The translations under genes and the position numbers were made by a program. The notes beneath the pieces are model-generated. The model saw nothing but the letters and a program-made list of their open reading frames with translations. It made no database searches and was not told the origin of the DNA. From a virus (lineage: Duplodnaviria > Caudoviricetes), in the IMG/VR virus record IMGVR_UViG_3300050150_000002, positions 1-29,483 of that record: 29,483 nucleotides of DNA; one strand, 5' to 3'. Of this stretch, positions 24,251 to 29,483 are shown piece by piece. Within the stretch, counting starts at the first letter, position 1, and the number at the start of each line of letters is the position of its first letter.

Positions 24251-26725
24251 TTACGAAAAGAAGTACTCACTCCGAAGCACTTCCCTAAGGTCTAGCGTGC
24301 CCTTGTCCGGGGGCTCCGCCGTAGCTGGGTACTTGGCATGAAACTCCGTAACGGGGTCATGCTTCTCGTACATGTGAACAAACATCTCTCGGATCAGCAC
24401 ATACAGGTCTTGCGCAAACGTGGCGTGCGTTCCGTAGTCATCATGAATCATGGCCAGATGGTTGATTCCACGACTCGATGCGGCCGCTGCCACTAGGTGT
24501 AAGTGTGCAGCGTCCATTGAATGCACGAAGTTGGGAGCTAGTCCGCTGGCGTGCTTGTCAACATCCGGGTCGTTGGTCTCTGAAAGCACCCTGATCTTTT
24601 CAATCCCGATGAGCCGGGTATTGATTCGATGTACCTCAGTCTCGAAGTAAGCTTGTGACGCGGGGAATCCACTAGGACTTGTCCACCAGATGACGGGCTC
24701 TGCGGAGGAGCCAGCCATACCCTTGACGATAACGCGGGCGGACTTCTTGAGCCAGTCCATAGCGAGCCTACCCTTGACAACAACGTCGCCAATAGCCGGC
24801 CACACTGACGCCATAAGAACCTGCGCCGCCTGCCTGAACTCATGTTGTTCGAATGGGTGGTCCTTGGACTTCTTGAGATAGTCTTCCACTACGTAGTCCG
24901 TTGCAGATCTCAGCGTAACGCCGTATGGGGTAGTCATCACCCCACGCTTCACCATTGACCTGGTAATGCCTAGCGTCAACCACAACTCGGCCAGTTCCAT
25001 TGGAGACCGTGATTTCCCAACTCTTACTGAGTTGAGAGTACTCAAGGTCAACGACATACGAACTGACGCTGCTTCTGCGACCCGACGATAAATATCCTCC
25101 ATCACTTCGTTTACTGTCAGATTGGTAGCCCGTCCCCCAATCTCGTCTCGAAGCATCGCACTTAGGTTCTGCAGCCCGTTGCACGACCCGTCCATGCTCA
25201 CTGGCAACCGGGTTAGGAAGCCTTCCGGGTCCGAGCACCAAGCTGCGTATTCTAAACACCAAGCTAGAAACTGCAAGGGCGAATCTGCGGAGAGCCAACC
25301 ACGGTGTTCCACTGGGTCGGCGGCATAGTGTAGCCATTCTTTTTTCCTATCGTGAGCGAACATGAAGCGTTCAGATAGCGTGGCCTTATCGAAGCCCCAC
25401 TTGTTAGCTCCCTGGATGTGGAACCACCTAATCGCTGTCTCGCTCGTTACTGGGTAGCCCTGGCCAAACTCCAGCAGGGCCTTCTGTAGATCGGAACCCT
25501 GAGGGTTAACCCCATAGGTCATTGGGTAGAATCGTCCGCGCGAGTCAGCGAAGTACACAAAGTGTAGCTTTGGGTAACCACGAAACATTTCACCCGCCCT
25601 GGTGGCAGCATAGAACCTGGAGAACTTCGAGCCGCTTAGCTTCTTCTCCGTGTACCACTCAGCCATTGACCGCTTCCACACATGGAACGCGTTGGACTGC
25701 TCGGGCGTCATGTTGTCCTTGGTCATCCCAGGCTGTAGCCATCCAGGCACCGGGGGCTTGGGCTTGTCGTGCACAGACGCAATCTCGTCGGTATGTATAC
25801 CAGCCTCACTGAGCTTGTACACAACGTCCAGCACGTGCTCGTTCACTCGCCACTCCGTGTGCTGCAAAGCGTTGGCTGCGGCTAACACCACGGGCATATC
25901 AGCCTCACGGTACAAGTTCCTAGCCGACGCACGGCAGGACACAAGCATCGGGGTATTGCGACGAAGCTCCTTGGTATGGAAGCCTCCGTCGGTAGGCGTG
26001 GTCCAATCTAGCGGGCGCTCTACGCACGGGCCGTAGGTCGGAGCCGTGATAGCGACGAAGCTCTTGATGTTGGCGATACGTTCCATCATGGACTGGGACA
26101 TGCCGATAGACCGGTAGCTGATCTTGCCCTTCTCGACAGGCGCCTCACCGATATCCACCATACCAGCCTGGGCCAGTAGGCCCAGCAGGAATGAGCCCAC
26201 CTGCTCACGCGCACCTATAGGCCAGTCGATAAGGTAGTAGCCAGCCTTCTCTGCTTGCAGCCGCATGGTCTTAGTGCGATGCTTCTCATTGGTGGACTGC
26301 CGTCTGGCTAGATCGCGCGATAGGGTGTAGTATAATTCTGGAAACTCATCCTCTATCTGGACAAGCACAAGCTCAGAGTGCACAGCAGTGCCAATGCTTG
26401 ACGCCACACTACGGTTGTCAGGCTTGCTAGTGCGGGTGTTCATGCAGCAGTTCAGCGCGGTACGAACAGCCAGCAGCGCCACTGCCTCGGGGTCCAACGC
26501 CTTGAGCAACGCGATGTGTGCCCGCTGGGCGCCGGCCTTCTTGACGTTAACCTCACTGGCGATGACGGCAGCAAGCGGGAGAACGTAATCTCGCAGAATC
26601 TCCTTGGCATACGGGTTAGTGTGAGCACCGCCCCGTTCTTCGGCCGCTGCCATCATTGTCTCGGCGCGCTTGATGCCGCCGTAGTACATCCTTCTCTCTA
26701 CTTCTTCCTGCGTCATCAGGTCCAT
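24251..26725 (-). CDS. Single-subunit DNA-directed RNA polymerase (T7-like)
   Basis: 'DSRGRFYP', 'PQGSDLQKALL', motif A 'DGSCNGLQ', motif B 'RSMVKRGVMTTPYG', 'APNFVHSMDA' and motif C 'IHDDYGTH'. Start set at ATG 26725, just after the upstream stop; the ORF track extends to 26776. Confidence 0.98.
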   Translation of the reverse strand: MDLMTQEEVERRMYYGGIKRAETMMAAAEERGGAHTNPYAKEILRDYVLPLAAVIASEVNVKKAGAQRAHIALLKALDPEAVALLAVRTALNCCMNTRTSKPDNRSVASSIGTAVHSELVLVQIEDEFPELYYTLSRDLARRQSTNEKHRTKTMRLQAEKAGYYLIDWPIGAREQVGSFLLGLLAQAGMVDIGEAPVEKGKISYRSIGMSQSMMERIANIKSFVAITAPTYGPCVERPLDWTTPTDGGFHTKELRRNTPMLVSCRASARNLYREADMPVVLAAANALQHTEWRVNEHVLDVVYKLSEAGIHTDEIASVHDKPKPPVPGWLQPGMTKDNMTPEQSNAFHVWKRSMAEWYTEKKLSGSKFSRFYAATRAGEMFRGYPKLHFVYFADSRGRFYPMTYGVNPQGSDLQKALLEFGQGYPVTSETAIRWFHIQGANKWGFDKATLSERFMFAHDRKKEWLHYAADPVEHRGWLSADSPLQFLAWCLEYAAWCSDPEGFLTRLPVSMDGSCNGLQNLSAMLRDEIGGRATNLTVNEVMEDIYRRVAEAASVRMSLTLSTLNSVRVGKSRSPMELAELWLTLGITRSMVKRGVMTTPYGVTLRSATDYVVEDYLKKSKDHPFEQHEFRQAAQVLMASVWPAIGDVVVKGRLAMDWLKKSARVIVKGMAGSSAEPVIWWTSPSGFPASQAYFETEVHRINTRLIGIEKIRVLSETNDPDVDKHASGLAPNFVHSMDAAHLHLVAAAASSRGINHLAMIHDDYGTHATFAQDLYVLIREMFVHMYEKHDPVTEFHAKYPATAEPPDKGTLDLREVLRSEYFFS

Positions 26726-26726
26726 G

Positions 26727-27014
26727 TTATGCTGGCTGTCCGAAAGCCATCCTTCGTTTAACGTTGTCAAACACAAAGTGCTGTAGGTCCAGTTGCTCTA
26801 CGATACCCTTGACCATGTACATCAAGTGCTCGTCGGCCTTAGGAGTCATGTGGTGATCCCGGATGTCGTACCAGCTTCTGGGGTACATAGTGCAAATACT
26901 GAGAAGGGCGAACGCTTGCGCCGTGGACCTGCCAGTAGCCCGCTGTCCTGGGCCGTGTCCTTGGCCCCTATGGAACCGGTTCACGAACTCCGTAGTGTGA
27001 ATCGGATTAGCCAT
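26727..27014 (-). CDS. Hypothetical protein (95 aa)
   Basis: AAGGAG SD; overlaps the ligase stop by 8 nt and fills the ligase-RNAP gap. Confidence 0.7.
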   Translation of the reverse strand: MANPIHTTEFVNRFHRGQGHGPGQRATGRSTAQAFALLSICTMYPRSWYDIRDHHMTPKADEHLMYMVKGIVEQLDLQHFVFDNVKRRMAFGQPA

Positions 27015-27891
27015 CAGCTTGCTCCTTGTCGTGGCGAATGCCTTTGAAGCGAGGCTCGCGCAGCTTGCCGTCTTCGGTCAGGCCCATGCATTCAATCTCG
27101 GCGATAGCACCTATTACCATGTCGGCTGGAAGCTTGTGTGGCATGCCGCTGCCCACATCGCTTACAACGCCGTTGTGTGTGACACTCAGCGTGTACACAG
27201 GGCGGCCGGTCTTCTCACCCGCTTCCTCCATGAGCCCAACGATGGTTAGGTCCAGGCTCAGCACAGGCTTGACCTTAACGATTTCACCCTGCTTGACCAG
27301 ACCAACCTTGTACCCGGCGCTTGGGTCTCGTAGGATAGCTCCGTCGTACTTGCCCTGGGCCTTGAGGTTGCCGGCTGCGATGTTGATGTTGGTAACGCTC
27401 TTGCCCAGCATGGGGGCGATACTCACTGCCGTGCTAGGAGTATGGCCAACCAACTCATAAGCCCGCTCGTAGCGTAGGCGGTAGGACTCGGTTGTGTCCA
27501 GCCCGTCAGGCAGAACATCAAACACCTTGAGGCAAAGGTCAGGTGCGTCGTAGTGCCTCCGGACCCAACCGCTAATCTCGGGGAACATCACAAGGTTGCT
27601 CTCGCACCAAAGCTCCCCAACGTACACAGTGACTGCACCAGTAGGGGAGCGGCCCCATAGGTCCTCGATAATGTGGTGGCAAGACTTGATGGCTTCCCCA
27701 GTGCGGGTAAGGGCGAAGCAGGCCCCACCAGTGCCGCGCTTGTCAATATGGAACTCGCCATAGCAACCATCATACTTAGGCTGGGGCAGCCAGCCGGCCT
27801 CGAACAGCGCTTGCTCATTACCCCAACGCTTCTTGAAAGCGGCAGCGAGCTTGTTAAACTCTACTGCCTTCATGATGCGAATGTCAGCCAT
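27007..27891 (-). CDS. ATP-dependent DNA ligase
   Basis: Motif I 'QPKYDG', 'TRTGE', 'YVGELW', 'VFDVL', 'DGAILRD', 'VKVKP', 'VGSG' and 'LREPRFKGIRHDK'. ATG at 27891 with GGAG SD. Confidence 0.96.
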   Translation of the reverse strand: MADIRIMKAVEFNKLAAAFKKRWGNEQALFEAGWLPQPKYDGCYGEFHIDKRGTGGACFALTRTGEAIKSCHHIIEDLWGRSPTGAVTVYVGELWCESNLVMFPEISGWVRRHYDAPDLCLKVFDVLPDGLDTTESYRLRYERAYELVGHTPSTAVSIAPMLGKSVTNINIAAGNLKAQGKYDGAILRDPSAGYKVGLVKQGEIVKVKPVLSLDLTIVGLMEEAGEKTGRPVYTLSVTHNGVVSDVGSGMPHKLPADMVIGAIAEIECMGLTEDGKLREPRFKGIRHDKEQADG

Positions 27892-28135
27892 TGAACTTCT
27901 CCTCGGTGCGACGCAAACACTCATCCACTACCGCTTGCATCGGCGCTAACGCCATGTTAGCTGGGATTCTCTCGGCCATCATGGCGTAGAGGTCCGCCTT
28001 CTTCTCATCAGGCCAGCCCTTGATTGCCATGTACTGGTTAAGCACTTCGTAGATTGCGAACTCGAAGCATGTGTGGTGCTTTTGCTCGGCTACGATCAGA
28101 AGCGTGACCGTTAGGGCCATCGGGTGGTAAATCAT
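27884..28135 (-). CDS. Hypothetical protein (83 aa)
   Basis: ATGA overlap with the upstream gene and 8-nt overlap with the ligase; fills the gap. Confidence 0.65.
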   Translation of the reverse strand: MIYHPMALTVTLLIVAEQKHHTCFEFAIYEVLNQYMAIKGWPDEKKADLYAMMAERIPANMALAPMQAVVDECLRRTEEKFNG

Positions 28136-28557
28136 GCTTTGCCCCGGAGGTACAACTCAAGGCGAGCGATAGCGTTCCAAGCAGCGTGGGCCAGATGAAG
28201 ATGCCCAGTGTCAGGGTCATTCAATTCACCGCTCTCATGCTTAACCTTATGCCGCATGTCTGCATTCAAGTAGCGCCGAACACCATCCGGGACTTCCAGG
28301 AATCCGCCCTTTGTATACTTGACTGCACCCAGCGCGCCGATGGCGTTGACCGCTGCTAGCGCCTGCGGGAACGAGAACAACACCATGTCAAACTCTGCCT
28401 TGCCGGCATCTAGCTTGGCGCCTGGGGAGTGGGCGTCGCGGCCCGTTGGGTCGATTTCCTTGCGAGGCTCCATCGGAACCAGTTCAAGTTGGTGAAACGT
28501 TTCCATCATGTGCTCTTGATCGAACACAGAGGTATTGGGGTGTAGGGCTTCGGGCAT
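28132..28557 (-). CDS. dATP/dGTP diphosphohydrolase-like protein (DUF5664)
   Basis: 'GAKLDAGK', 'GAVKY', 'RYLNADMRH' and 'DPDTGHLHLAHAAWNA' match this family. Start is either ATG 28557 (AAGGA SD) or ATG 28509 (coupled to the upstream stop). Confidence 0.85.
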   Translation of the reverse strand: MPEALHPNTSVFDQEHMMETFHQLELVPMEPRKEIDPTGRDAHSPGAKLDAGKAEFDMVLFSFPQALAAVNAIGALGAVKYTKGGFLEVPDGVRRYLNADMRHKVKHESGELNDPDTGHLHLAHAAWNAIARLELYLRGKA

Positions 28558-28718
28558 TGGTGATCCTTGCAGATAATGTCGGAGAGAATAGAAACCCGGC
28601 CAAGTCGCGCTCCATCGATAGAAGCTACACACTTGCCGGGCAGGCAGCCACAGATGGCACTGCCGTCAGCAGTGCGCTCGATGGTAAAACATTTGAACGA
28701 CTTGTCCGGGATGAACAT
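28506..28718 (-). CDS. Small Cys-rich hypothetical protein (70 aa)
   Basis: TGATG coupling to the exonuclease stop; 7 cysteines. Confidence 0.5.
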   Translation of the reverse strand: MFIPDKSFKCFTIERTADGSAICGCLPGKCVASIDGARLGRVSILSDIICKDHQCPKPYTPIPLCSIKST

Positions 28719-29482
28719 CAGTTACTCAACAGCGTCTGCCGTTGCTCCTTACTGTTCAGGGTGTACCGTGACCGTGCCCATCCACCGCACGACTCGCAGC
28801 AATACCGCTGGTACTTGCCTACGTTGGTGTAGGTGAACCCACGCTTGGACAGGCTGACGCTAGCGCACTTTGGGCACCGTGCTTCTGTGCCTTCTGGGTA
28901 GTAGTTCGCCAAGTTGGGATGCCCCTCAGCCCAGGCTCGCAATGCCAAGTACACCTGCTCCAGCGACAGGATATCGTCGATGTTGTACAGGCGCATTTCT
29001 TTGTGGGCTACCTTGTTACCAGCCAGGCACTGCACCCACAACTCGAACCCAGGGAATTTCTTGTGCGGGCGCTTCTTGATGGTGGATAGCTTATCGGCCA
29101 GCCACTCCAGCTTGTTGCTGGTAAAGCCGAACACACGCTTGGCAATCAACAAGGTGTCGATCACGGTGATCGGGCTAAATGGAGGAAACTTGTGCATCAC
29201 CATGCGTGCACGAATCTTCTTCATGTCGAACCGCTTACCATTCTGCGCAATGACGAAGTCAGCTTCGTTCAAGAGTTCCCACAGCTTCGCCAACAGAGCG
29301 CTGTCGTCGCGGTAATCCTCTTGCTCGAAGGTATCCATGTACACCGCGTCTTTCTTCGGTGCATGTAGCCACTTCGCTGCGAAGCTAAGCACTGTCCATT
29401 CCATTCCGATCTGCGCTAGGCTGATGTTCTGGTCCCACAACCCCCAGTGGTAGGATTGCAGCGGGCTCGTCTCAATATCAAG
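28718..29482 (-). CDS. DEDD/RNase H-like 3'-5' exonuclease with C-terminal zinc ribbon (5'-truncated by window edge)
   Basis: The frame is open to the window edge and reads LDIETSP (ExoI), then 'AQNGKRFD' (ExoII), 'IDTL', 'YNIDD' (ExoIII) and CPKC...CESC. Confidence 0.92.
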   Translation of the reverse strand, partial: LDIETSPLQSYHWGLWDQNISLAQIGMEWTVLSFAAKWLHAPKKDAVYMDTFEQEDYRDDSALLAKLWELLNEADFVIAQNGKRFDMKKIRARMVMHKFPPFSPITVIDTLLIAKRVFGFTSNKLEWLADKLSTIKKRPHKKFPGFELWVQCLAGNKVAHKEMRLYNIDDILSLEQVYLALRAWAEGHPNLANYYPEGTEARCPKCASVSLSKRGFTYTNVGKYQRYCCESCGGWARSRYTLNSKEQRQTLLSN

Positions 29483-29483
29483 G

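Noticed and set aside
40-29315. Numerous plus-strand ORFs of 60-190 aa in the ORF track
   Set aside because: All are antisense shadows of well-supported minus-strand genes, with no recognisable motifs. T7-like phages code on one strand.
1-29483. tRNA, rRNA, introns, inteins or homing endonucleases
   Set aside because: Intergenic gaps are short and explained by other elements; RNAP, terL, ligase and portal are of ordinary length with continuous motifs.

Overview
The window is the middle-to-late (right-hand) part of a T7-like podophage genome (Autographiviridae-type), with every credible gene on the minus strand. The single-subunit RNA polymerase sits after the replication genes, directly before the virion genes (phiKMV-like order). 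In transcription order (right to left): DEDD exonuclease (cut by the window edge), DUF5664-like dNTP diphosphohydrolase, ATP-dependent ligase, RNA polymerase, small late genes, portal, scaffold, major capsid (split by a frameshift), terminator, tail tubular proteins A and B, three internal virion proteins, tail fibre/spike, holin, small and large terminase, then an accessory end module. That module holds an Ig/SwmB-like protein, a 45-aa membrane peptide, a SprT-like protease, an RcGTA-type head-spike base protein and a 991-aa beta-helical fibre. Three copies of a 22-26 bp putative phage promoter are present. Most notable: the GTA-like head-spike base plus large fibre pair, a zincin (HExxH) domain inserted in the gp16-like ejection protein, a structured capsid mRNA leader, and a capsid gene broken at an apparent microhomology deletion. 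All family assignments come from motif recognition and gene order, not database searches.
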